Below, piece after piece: positions 47,379-57,980 of a DNA stretch of 64,000 nt. Below the pieces are notes generated by a model that was not told the DNA's origin, did not search any database, and saw only the letters and a program-made list of their open reading frames with translations. Positions within the stretch are counted from its first letter, which is position 1. Every line of letters starts with the position of its first letter. The stretch comes from Nymphon striatum (Eukaryota): NCBI GenBank assembly GCA_016618385.1, contig JABFOP010000357.1, positions 351,545 through 415,544 on the forward strand, given 5' to 3'. Both the position numbers and the translations under genes were made by a program.

Positions 47379-48519
47379 CTGAAATAACAAAGTTTTTCAG
47401 TTAAAACTTGTTCAAGATGTAATTTTCAACATATTTGCAAAGTGACCCAAAATCACTTTGGTACAAAGAGTAAATCAAAGTAATGAAATGTACTGAAAGA
47501 AGTATAGGTTAATAAACGTTTAGAGCCAGTTTATATAAGAATCAGGCAGTGTGATTCCTATCCTATTCCTATCCCTCCAGATTTGACCAATTTTTTTTTC
47601 GTGGGTTTTTTCATCATTTATTTAAATGGCTTTAAAAATGATGCATTAGGTGAATTCTACGGTAACTGACGCAAAATTCAGAGCGATTTTACCATATTCA
47701 TTATTAAATTTCTTAAAAAGTATTAATTATAACCGTATCTGTCTATTTTTCCTTGAATATCCTAGTGTTGCCTCTCATTATTAAGCAAGAGCTACTTTTC
47801 TGTATTCATTTTCCATGTCTCTAGACCACAAAAAAGCATGGTAACTGACGTAATGGCATAAGATTTTTAAAATTCAACACTGTCATTGAAAATGCCATTT
47901 TTCTCTGAATGTAACTGTCAAATTTTCAAAGCAGCCAAGTATTTTATAGTCTATTGTCAAAGTGCTTTATAGAAAATAAGGGATAGTTGATTACTGTATA
48001 CATTTTTTTATTAGCTCTTTAAATATTGAGTAACTGACGCAACATAATTAGTAACTGACGTAACATTTGTGAAAAAAATAAATAAAAAAATTGAGTAAAT
48101 TCAAAGTGGCCGCTTTGTTTACAAAACCTCGGTGCAGCAGAAAATTCGCTTGAGAATATGATTGGCTAAATACCAATAAATAGTTATATGTGTTATAATA
48201 AAAGTTTTGCCGTATATTTTTTTTCCCCCTTTGGGACCTTTTTTGGTGGAATTGATCATTATCAAAACATTTAAAAAAAATTCTTTAAAGTTGGATGTTT
48301 TACGATTTTGTTTTATTTGATCTTTGATATTTCACTGATGATGGCCTAGATGGCCAAAACGTTTGTTATGTTTTTGTTTTTATTTTTTTTTAATAAAAAA
48401 ATAAATGGCTTTAAAAACCATATCTCTGGCCTTAATATTTATGATCATTATCACATTCAGAGTTTGTCATTTTTGGCACTGGGCAAGTTAATAAAATCAT
48501 TATATAATGGTTAAACTAC

Positions 48520-48593
48520 CTTTAACATCGGGTTGAGGAAGGAACTCTGTTGTGAACTGACCAATATCACTCATTTTTCCGATCTGTAGCTTT
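48520..48593 (-). CDS. AKAP10: AKAP10 exon (-GKLQIGKMSDIGQFTTEFLPQPDVK-)
   Basis: It has acceptor cttgaacag| and donor G|gtagtt. It matches human 'GKMTFGRVSDLGQFIRESEPEPDVRK'. Confidence 0.75.
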
Positions 48594-48681
48594 CTGTTCA
48601 AGATAAAACACAAAATTTATTTCATATGCAACACAAAATAATGTTGGGAATGATGAATAAAAGGTAAATCTGGAAACAAAC

Positions 48682-48877
48682 CCAGCCAGATCTCGCCTCC
48701 AAAGATCACTTGGATTATTAAATTTACCCATATCTATTCTCATATCTTGATCTTCAATATTTTTCAGAAATTTTGGAGTTATTGTACCTGATACTCCAGG
48801 TTGGGTTCCGTCCATTGCAAGCAAAGTGTTGGTATTACTAGAATGACCACTGTGCTCACTCCCACTGCTTTCACTAC
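48682..48877 (-). CDS. AKAP10: AKAP10 exon (-GSESSGSEHSGHSSNTNTLLAMDGTQPGVSGTITPKFLKNIEDQDMRIDMGKFNNPSDLWRRDLAG-)
   Basis: It has acceptor ttatttcag| and donor GG|gtttgt. It matches human 'HPGSSDSSASQSSVKKASIKILKNFDEAIIVDAASLDPESLYQRTYAG'. Coordinates were checked against the ORF-track frame. Confidence 0.8.
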
Positions 48878-49384
48878 CTGAAATAAGCGAGTTTATATTA
48901 ATTAAAATTCATGTGAAAAAAGAATTATTATTGAATTTTGTGGTCAGGAAAATCGTTAGGTATCATTAAAATTATTTAAAAAATCCTTAGCTTCTCAAAT
49001 TAGTCTGAAATCAAAGCAATAATTTTGTGCCAACTACAGTCATATGCTCCAAATAATTATGTAACCTACATTTTTTAAGACACTGGGATCAAAATGATAG
49101 TTAGATGATAATTAATTGTTAAGCAGGCTCCAGGCTCAAGACTTCGATGTCTGCCATCTACCATCCTGCTTAAGGAAATGCATACAAATGCATACAAAAA
49201 GAATGCATCATTTGATTTTAAAAATATTTACCTGGCATATATTTTGACTAATGTATATATTATATTATATTTTTTTTTTTTTTATTTTTTTTGTCGAAGA
49301 AGTGCTGTAGCGACTTACTACCTAACCTTGCTTTTTCCCCACTTCATTTGCATAACATTTAGGTCCGTTGTCTATTCTCTATAA

Positions 49385-49850
49385 TATAAGCACAATCATC
49401 ATCATCATCATCTGACACTTAGGCCCTGAAGGCCCATGGTCGCTCTAGAAAGGGCTCTCCATTTCGCCCTGTCCTGGGCTAAATCCCACCAGTCCCCAGC
49501 ATTCCGATCGATGTGGGGCCGGATAGTCTCTTTTAGGCTCTTTTCCCAGCTTTTGCGGGGTCTTCCTCTGGGACGTCTGCCAGACACTTCGCCCTGACAT
49601 ATCTTTTTTGGTAGACGATCATCACCCATACGAGCTACATGTCCAGCCCAAAGCACTTGCCTGCTCTTTATCCAGTTTGTGATGGCCGTATGTTGGAGCT
49701 CGTCGTATAGCTCCTGATTGTATTTGATACGCCATTTTTGCAGGCCTTCGTCAAAAACTGGACCAGTAATCCTTCTCAGTATCCTGTTCTCAAAGGTTCG
49801 GAAGTTCCTCTCTGTATCAGATGTCATGGGCCAGGTCTCAGCCATATGTT
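49385..49850 (-). mobile_element. 5'-truncated LINE ORF2 C-terminal fragment with an (ATG)6 tail (in an AKAP10 intron)
   Basis: The ORF 49408-49845 (-) reads …WAGHVARMGDDRLPKKI…GRRPRGRPRKSW…DW…. The microsatellite atcatcatcatcatcatc lies at its 3' end (49385-49407). Confidence 0.8.
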
Positions 49851-49994
49851 AGGATGGGTCTGATGACTGTTTTATAGATTCGCATTTTTGTTGTTTTAGA
49901 CATATATAAGCATGATGCACTTGTAAAATAAAATCAAACCATTTTAAACTTAACTTTTCTCACTTCTTCCGACCACACACCACATAGATTCATC

Positions 49995-50028
<34 letters not shown>

Positions 50029-50904
50029 GGGTTCTGCTGGCGCCCGCCATTTCCGCATTTTGCAATTTTTCTATTAATTTGGCATAAAAAAAATACGATT
50101 GGCGAATTTTTTTGGCATAACAAATTATTTTCTTGCACCCAAGTAAAGACATTACAATACTTTAAAACAACCACTTTATGAAAAAAAACTTCATAAAAAT
50201 ACTAAATAGTTTCAGATCGAAATAATAGGTTGAGTGAAAATTTGAAACGCCCAGATAAAATATTGTGAGAATATATGTTCCAATCAGAAGGACAATCGCA
50301 AACACATGGAGACCGATCACATGGAGACCGATCACGTGGTTCGAACCGTTATTTTGTCCTTTTCTGCATCAACTCATTATACAAGTATTTCAGTTCAAGT
50401 GACAAGAATGGATATTAGTTAGTCTTCATATCTATGGTTCTGACAAAAACTATATATATGAACGGTTCAACCAAAAACCATAAAATATCTTTGGAAACAT
50501 TTTATTTTCAGTTAAAACATATATTATTTAAATGTCTAAAAGTAGTCATTTTCTACCAGGAAATGCACCAGAAGCCACCAAATGGCTTCCAATTTTCAAA
50601 AAATGTCTGGGGGGGCATGCCCACAGACCCCCCCCCCTAGTAGTGCGCATGGTGGTCATGCGCCAGGTGTCGCCGATTAGCTAAATTTGGCTACTAAAAA
50701 TCAAAAATGGCTTAAAAAAAATTCATTTGGCTGAAGTCATGGCTTAAAAAGAAAATTAGCCAGGGGAACTCCTGATATATATATATATATCTTCAATCTA
50801 TTCTATTTCAATATTTGGCAAAATATCAGTAGTATCGGTAGGTAGTGATGTTTTAACAGTCAAAGTCATTGAAAAGTAAATACAAAAACAAAAAGGCATT
50901 TTAC

Positions 50905-51013
50905 CTGATCTTTTTTTACGACCATAATATAGACGTCTTCCTTGTATGATGTTGGCTAATTCAGACAGATATTTATAAAATAATTGACTTTTTAAAAATG
51001 GAGGATGGTAAAC
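50905..51013 (-). CDS. AKAP10: AKAP10 exon (VYHPPFLKSQLFYKYLSELANIIQGRRLYYGRKKRS-)
   Basis: It has acceptor aatttcag| and donor G|gtaaaa. It matches human 'VFLPGFLSSNLYYKYLNDLIHSVRG'. Confidence 0.8.
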
Positions 51014-51093
51014 CTGAAATTAAAAATATATACACAAACTTATGCTATTAAACAAATGTTAAATTGAAGAATAAATAAATAAACATCAACTCA

Positions 51094-51239
51094 CAGTTTC
51101 TAATAAATTTAGTACCAATGCTACAGGCTTCTGAAAACATTCTGGATCAGGGCCAGCTTCTGTACATATATTCTGTTCTATTTCAAAGCGTATTTCATCA
51201 TCAAATCCAAGGGGAGAAATTGCTTGGAGAGAAAAATAT
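51094..51239 (-). CDS. AKAP10: AKAP10 exon (-YFSLQAISPLGFDDEIRFEIEQNICTEAGPDPECFQKPVGIGTKFIRN…), 3' junction phase unresolved
   Basis: It has acceptor ttttttag|. It matches human 'YFSLQATHPLGFDDVVRLEIESNICREGGPLPNCFTTPLRQAWTTMEK' in one frame throughout. The perfect donor CT|GTGAGT leaves phase 1, but the next exon begins in phase 0. Confidence 0.65.
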
Positions 51240-51740
51240 CTAAAAAATAAAAAAGTTAATGATGCAATGAGATAATTTAAAATTCCTCAAGAATCAGATG
51301 TAGGCTAGTTCAGATGATTTTAGATTTGCTGGGTTTAATGAGCCATTGATACCTTAAAGGTTCCTTTGGAGTTATCCTCCATCTTCCTATTTAGACTTTT
51401 AGAAGGGTTGGAGGGAGAAGAAATTATCAATAAGAAATATTCAGCTGGGGAAAGAACCCCCAAACTACCTTACATCAATTCAGCGCAAATTAATTCACCG
51501 ACTCCTTATACAGAGGAATACCCTCTCATTTAAGCTCATTTAATTCATGCAAGGACCTAAGTGGTCAAATCACTGGACAAAATGAGAAAAAAAAAATGTA
51601 AGGAAAATCCATATATTACAAAAGGATTTTCAATAAAATATTCTACCAAATGTTTAAGCACAAAAGGTTCATATAGTCTGACGTGAACACAATCTTGTAT
51701 TAAAACCAATTCATCATAATTAATTTGACAGTCAGCTTAC

Positions 51741-51883
51741 TTGTCATATAGAACCATGGCATCTCCCTGAGCAATTTCACCAACATATGATCCACTTTTC
51801 TGAGCTGAACTTTGTTGCTCCTGAAAATGGTGACTTGCTAGCCAAAATTCCATGAGACTCTGAGCACCTTCAATTTCCATAAA
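51741..51883 (-). CDS. AKAP10: AKAP10 exon, end of RGS domain 2 (FMEIEGAQSLMEFWLASHHFQEQQSSAQKSGSYVGEIAQGDAMVLYDK-)
   Basis: It has acceptor ttattttatag| and donor |gtaagc. It matches human 'YMEKEDAVNILQFWLAADNFQSQLAAKKGQYDGQEAQNDAMILYDK'. Confidence 0.85.
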
Positions 51884-53459
51884 CTATAAAATAAAAATAT
51901 GTTCATAGATCCAAACTAACATATAAGATACAGAGATCTCACCAGAAATTAATAAAAACGGGCAGGGTGCTGTGAAATGGGGGCAGGTTGCCATTCGCAC
52001 AATATGTATAGAATACATAGCACATAAGCACTTACAACTTCATTTCATGTTTTACCAACTTAGAAACTAGGAACCAATATTGCCTATTAAACATCAATTG
52101 CTATGAAATTGATAATATAATCAGATTATAGTCAATTTGCACACCGATATTATGTCGACATGATCAATGTGTACTTTGGGGCTCATCACAGAGTGTTTTA
52201 AAACAAACTATTTTTGGGGGCACAGGAGTGGCAACTAAGGGCATACGAATGGAAGGAAAAGGTGGCAGGGTACAGCACCCTTCTAAAAATGTCTAGTGAG
52301 ATCCCTGAGATATTAAATTCTAATTCTAATTTTTACTCTATAGCATGGATTTGTATGATTATCAGTTCTGAGTATTGGGGATAATGAAAAGGTCAGTAAA
52401 AAAGGTTTTAGAGGAATGTGGATATAACTTGTTGATATTTAAAGATTCAAATAAAACTTGTAAATGTCATATGCTTTGCCAAGGATACACATAGCAAAAT
52501 TTCTGACCTGTCAGTTTTGAAATGTGATACATTGCAATAATAATACCAGTTTGAAAATAAAAAAAATAAGATGGCAGAAGGCAGACAGCTGGCTTTTAAT
52601 TTTCCAGTTATGAGGGCAAGTAAAAACTGAGTATCTAAGAATATATATCAATCCTTTCCGTGCCTAGTGGCACATAAGGCCGAGTCTAAGAATGGTACAT
52701 GTATATTATATATTTCTTCAGTTGATCTTTCATATTTAAAGATTTGAATGTTTATAGTCCAAATACATAAAATCTGTCCCACAGTAATCTAAATCATGAA
52801 TTCACATTTATAAATAATATATTTATTAAATTAAATATGTATTCATTAAATAACCTCAGCATGCAAGGTTGCATAACAGATTATCTATCTTAAGATAAAA
52901 TTCTTTTATCGGCTGGTTAGGTCAGATATCAATAATAGATTTTAGGATCACATAATTTGGGATAAAATCAATAATGACAAAAATAAGATTTTTAAAGTTA
53001 TTTTTTAATGAACCAAATTAAAGTTTCTGAGATTCTTAAATGATGACATATAGCATTTAATTGAAAATTAATTTTTTTTTTTTTCAATGGTTATGCAATG
53101 AAAAGATCAAGAAACTACATTTCTATGATGATATAGAAGAATGGATCTAAATCTTTAATTCTAAAAGACTTAATGCCTTACTAAATGATTCCAAAAAGTT
53201 TCAATTCTATAATAAATTTAAAAATGACAAAAATGATAAGGCCAAAAAAAAAAATACCTTTGTTTCCGCTGTCAAGGCCCAAAAAATTAGGGTAGGTCGG
53301 TAGGGAAATCTTTTTATTTTGTTAATTTATTTTATTTAATCAGAGATGAGTCTTCCGGATTTTTATTTAATTTCAGTAAATCTCCGGATTTTAAAGGACA
53401 CATAAACATGTCAAAATATATACATAAAATGCACCAAAATGCAGAATTTTGGTTTCGTT

Positions 53460-54660
53460 GGATTTTGGTTTGACTAGACGAAAACAATAAACGTCTTCAC
53501 GCATATGAAGAACCAAAGACATGAGAAACAATTACCCCCTCAAAAAACTCTAAGGTAAGTGATATTATAAATATAACATGTAGAATAATTCTATTATTCT
53601 AGGCCTACAAGTACAATGTTTATTATAAATTATAAATTAAGGCCTAAAAATGCCGTTTTTTTTGTTGAGCTGTATTGATATACATTATAGCACACAATTT
53701 AGTCAATAGCAGAGCACACCATAAAAGTGCTAGATATGCTTAAAATAGTGTATATCAATACAGCTAAACAAAAAAAATTTGAGGTCGAGAGCATAGATAT
53801 AGTATAGAGAACTAGATAGCGGATCTATTGGTCAGACGTGGGGCCAATTGAAGGTGATAAACAGGGCCCCCTTTTTCAATTTCACAGCATTGTTTTCAAG
53901 TGGACGTGGAAGTTTTCAAGTTTTGAAGGGGATTTTCACCAATATCGGGTTTCCTAAGCTTTTGTGATGGCTTACAACTTAACAAATATCAATTTAACCT
54001 GCCTCGTTTGATTTGCAGAGGGAAAACAGAGACTAGTCCGAGTCTAGTTTATTCTTGAAGGTTGAAAACTTGGAGGTTAAATCGAACACGACTGGGACCA
54101 GTGTCTGTTTTCCCTCTGCAAATCAAACGAGGCAGGTTAAATTGATATTTGTTAAGTTGTAAGCCATCACAAAAGCTTAGGAAATCCCGATATTGGTGAA
54201 AATCCACTTGAAAACTTGAAAACTTCCACTTTCACTTGAAAACAATGCTGTGAAATTGACAAGGGGGCCCTGTTGATCACCTTCAATTTGTCCCATTTCA
54301 CCGTCAGATTTAACATGGTGGACACGCCCATTCGTCAGTCCAGTTCTCTATATAGGTCAGTGGTCGAGAGGGGGGACAAAAAATATTTGCGATAATTGTG
54401 GCCAAAAATATATAAGGTCCAGTGGAAACCCTGATAATAATATGTGAACCTTATATAGGTGTGTGTTTTATAAAACGGCATTTCTAGGCCTAAATTTATA
54501 ATTTATAATAAACATTGTACTTGTAGGCCTACAATAATAGAATTATTCTACAGTACATGTTATATTTATAATATCACTTACCTTCGAGTTTTTTGAGGGG
54601 GTAATTGTTTCTCATGTCTTTGGTTCATCATATGCGTGAAGACGTTTATTGTTTTCATCT
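53460..54660. repeat. Large near-perfect palindrome / foldback element (~580-bp arms, centre about 54035)
   Basis: 53462-54010 is the reverse complement of 54060-54660 over long runs (e.g. ggcctaaaaatgccg…, cagggcccccttt…caatttcacagc…). The arms share core sequence with the 10935-11201 MITE. The outer arm ends overlap the ORF at 54578-54946 (-). Confidence 0.8.
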
Positions 54661-55085
54661 GGTCAGATGGAGGTGTTTCTCGGGGACAATCACATCGTTT
54701 ATGACAATATCGTATGCTGAATGCACCTATGGCAGTCGTGACCAGTATTTTCAAGTCGGTCATTTTCGTCCATGGTCCATTTTCGTCACTCGCACATAGA
54801 ACAGTTGATTCACAACTAGATCCTATGTTCGCCCTTCTTGTCATGTCAATAAAGTTCTCTGAGCCAGAAAACTGCATAAAAGATCTGTCATGATCTCTAT
54901 GTGTAGCGTGACAAGCGTCGCTTATTACGCATAAAAGTGTCGACATTTTGTCGCGATGGAAATAGCCCAGAAGTGGCGAATGCTACTGAGTCTCCCTTAG
55001 CACAAGCCTCCAGTATTCTGTAAGACAACATCTGGGCAACAACATGGCCAAAGCCATAGCGACCAAGTTCGTTTGCCATAGACAC
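54578..55085 (-). mobile_element. Unclassified TE-like ORFs next to the palindrome (…ANELGRYGFGHVVAQMLSYRILEACAKGD…; …CHATHRDHDRSFMQFSGSENFIDMTRRANIGSSCEST…)
   Basis: These are two overlapping minus-strand ORFs of non-simple composition with no host-gene homology I recognise. The 3' part is duplicated in inverted orientation at 53462-53530. Confidence 0.3.
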
Positions 55086-56399
55086 GTGACTGGACGTCCA
55101 TCTTGTCTTAGAGAACTGACAATTGATCGGAGAGAGATTCAGATTGTACTTTCCGGGAGCATAGTCGGCAGTTACTACACCACGAAATAACGCAACAGAA
55201 CTTTGTTTGAGGATCGGTACCCAAAAGAATTAAAGACGACACAATAAAAAATAAGATTTTCAAGGTATTTTGCGAAAAAGAGAAATTGGAGAAAAAAAAT
55301 ATAAATAAAAAGATTAGAGTCGGCTAGTTTTTTTTAGGGTCGGTCGGACAGCGGAAACAGAAGACTTTTTATGTTTGGCCTAATAATAAAATGAAAAAAT
55401 TTACCTCCATAAAATAAAAGAGAGCTGCATCATTATACAGAATATCAGCAAGATAAACTGAACCACTAGTTAACAGATCTATTTGATGTTTATAATGGAA
55501 TACACTGTTAAGAAAGTCTGAAAAATATCTTTAAAAAATGTCATAGCGATTTAAAGGTACTGTTATTATGAACTGTAAAGCAAACAGACAGAAAGAAATA
55601 ATTCAGAAAATAAAACAAGATGAGGGGGGGGGGTTACCTAGTTTCAAGTTTGGAATTTCATAATAACAAAATGTCACAAAGTTTCTGAGGTTAAATCCAA
55701 AATACTGTATTTTGACAAAAATGATAATAATAAAGTGAAAAAGTTTATCTCATTAAAATAAATGAGAGCTGTATCATTCATTATACAGAATATCAGCACG
55801 TAAGAAGCACCTTTTTTTTTTCAAAAAAAGAGGGCTCAAAGATTGTGCTGTATTTTCAGTACTTGAAATAAATATATTAGCCTTGTCAGACAAAATGTCC
55901 AGTAGATATGAATTTAGGTCGGGCATGTCTTTTATGATTATTTCAAAAATTGGTCGGACATGTCCGTTGCTTCTCAAATTTGGTCGGACACTTCCGTTAT
56001 TTATAAAAGAAGGATTTTTAATAAACAATTAAAAAACAAAGAAACAATTTTTTCTTCCTTTTTTTGAGCGGTCATACCAAAAACACAAGAATTAGCCAGT
56101 AGTTATGGTAACCCCATGAAAACTAGCGTACAAGCGAGGTTAAAAAATTGGTGTGACCGCACTCTTAGTTTGTTGTTGTATAAGAAAGAAAAACAAACAA
56201 ACAAGGGGAAAGAACCAGGTTTGAAAAGGTTTGAACCAGATTTGAAAATAAATTTGATTATGTTTATAACAGATGCTGCATTCAAATGGCTTATTTCCTC
56301 AAATTTAATTTCATGTTTGTTTGCAACCATACGTACGGATACTTCAAATTTTCATATTGTCTATGAATGCCCTATGAATTTAGTATAAGAGAGAGAGAG

Positions 56400-56700
56400 C
56401 GGGTGTGCAGTGTGTAAGTGAAAAAATGAGTGAATACCGACTGCGGTGGCTGGGGCATGTGCAAAGGATGGATGTATGTAACCCAGTGAAGGATGCATGG
56501 ATCAGGGACGTGAGTGGTCAAAGACCGAGAGAAAGGCCGCGTTTGAGATTGAGGGATGTAGTTACAAAGGACATGAACGAGAGAGGGTTGTGTATAAATG
56601 ATGCGTACGATAAAGTCCTTTGGCGTGCAGGCATAAGATCCCCTGACCCCATTCCGGTGGGATAAAGGGTGGATGTTGTTGTTGTTTGTTGTATGAATGC
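56400..56700 (+). mobile_element. LINE ORF2 C-terminal fragment with a (GTT)n tail
   Basis: The ORF 56405-56665 (+) reads …RLRWLGHVQRMD…GQRPRERPRLRLRDVV…. A gttgttgttgtttgttg tail lies at 56680-56700. The minus-strand ORFs here are antisense artefacts. Confidence 0.75.
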
Positions 56701-57006
56701 CCATCGATTTACAGGCAATTTTACTTTGGTCCTCCAGATTTTGATGCTTATTTTTCTGCTATTACATCATGTACCTCCTGTTTAAAATCTAATTCTTTCG
56801 TTAATTTAAAAACATATGCCTGTTTTATTAATTATTTCAGAAAACTGATGTTATGTTGCTATCTTTAACCATTGTGACTCATTTATGTATGTTCTGCAGT
56901 ATTTTTTATGTCAGTGCCTTGCCTTGGGGGCAAGCTATAAATAAAAAATATAGTAACTTAGTCATTACGAAAGGTACTTTAAAATTAATTACAAATAATC
57001 AATCAC

Positions 57007-57095
57007 TAACTTTTCATTCAATAGATTAATTACAAATTCCTGAGCTGTATTGAAGCAAGTTGCATCCACTTCTCCATCTTCAGAACAAATTCTTC
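57007..57095 (-). CDS. AKAP10: AKAP10 exon (-GRICSEDGEVDATCFNTAQEFVINLLNEK…), 3' boundary uncertain
   Basis: It has acceptor tacatgtag| and matches human 'ARICGEDGQVDPNCFVLAQSIVFSAMEQ'. The donor is either |gttagt (exon end 57011) or |gtgatt (exon end 57007). Confidence 0.6.
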
Positions 57096-57473
57096 CTACA
57101 TGTAATAAAAACAACAAGACTAAAATTATATAGTAATTTAATAATGTTAATAATAATATTCTTAACATTTATCTAACTAGGGAGGCTGATGAAAAATGGG
57201 CCGAGGATGGTCTTTCTGCAAATACCGAGGTCTGAGAAAAGCCCCACTTAAGATGGTTTGAATAGGTCTTCCAAAGGTAATTTTCATAGATATTTCTTAC
57301 GTTATACATTATGGTTCATTTGGTATGAAAAATCATCTTAAACTGTAAACTGCTACTTTTTTACTTTTTTCAAAGGATTTTAGGACTAAAAAAAACATTT
57401 TATCTCTTCAGTTTGATTACAGAAATAATAAATTATCTTACCAATAAATGACTTAAATGACTAAATGACTTAC

Positions 57474-57572
57474 CAATAACTTCATTTCTCATAGCATCAC
57501 TTACTCCTATTGGATGACTTGCATCTTGGGATATATATTTTGTATAAATACTAATGGCATCTTTTTGTATAC
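57474..57572 (-). CDS. AKAP10: AKAP10 exon (-SIQKDAISIYTKYISQDASHPIGVSDAMRNEVIG-)
   Basis: It has a minus-strand acceptor ttattatag| and donor |gtaagt. It matches human 'SIEQDAVNTFTKYISPDAAKPIPITEAMRNDIIA' and is in phase with exon 1. Confidence 0.85.
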
Positions 57573-57729
57573 CTATAATAAAGATGATAAAAGAATGATA
57601 AGCAGGATTTCTGAGTAACTTTTAATGATACATTTTATTGCCAAAAAACTGTAAAACAAGCAACTATTAAAAGAAAAATAAACTTGTGACGTTTCGACAC
57701 TAGCTGGCATCACTATCAAGCTGTTCTAA

Positions 57730-57980
57730 ATTTCTAGTGATTTTCATTCCTAGAAATGGAATACTGTTGTCTTGCTAGAGTTCTATGGTGAATGAAAGAC
57801 AAGGGGCATTCATTGAGTGTATGTAAGAAACTGTTGGCCTTTTCCAGGTTGGGTAAGATGATGAGGGTATTATCCACATAGCATCTATAAAAAGATGGGA
57901 TTTGGTTATCAGACTTCAGTTTGTTTTCAACATGATACACGAATACATTGGCAATAAGTGGACCAAGTGGAGATCTCATA
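57730..57980 (-). mobile_element. Penelope-like element reverse-transcriptase fragment (in AKAP10 intron 1)
   Basis: The ORF 57734-57979 (-) reads …SPLGPLIANVFVYHVE…FYRCYVDNTLIIL…FLHTLNECPLSFIHH…. This matches the G.PLSP.LAN.FM and RYVDD motif arrangement of PLE RTs. Confidence 0.5.

Noticed and set aside
56372-56718. Minus-strand ORFs of 110 and 66 aa
   Set aside because: They are antisense artefacts of the plus-strand LINE ORF2 tail at 56405-56665.
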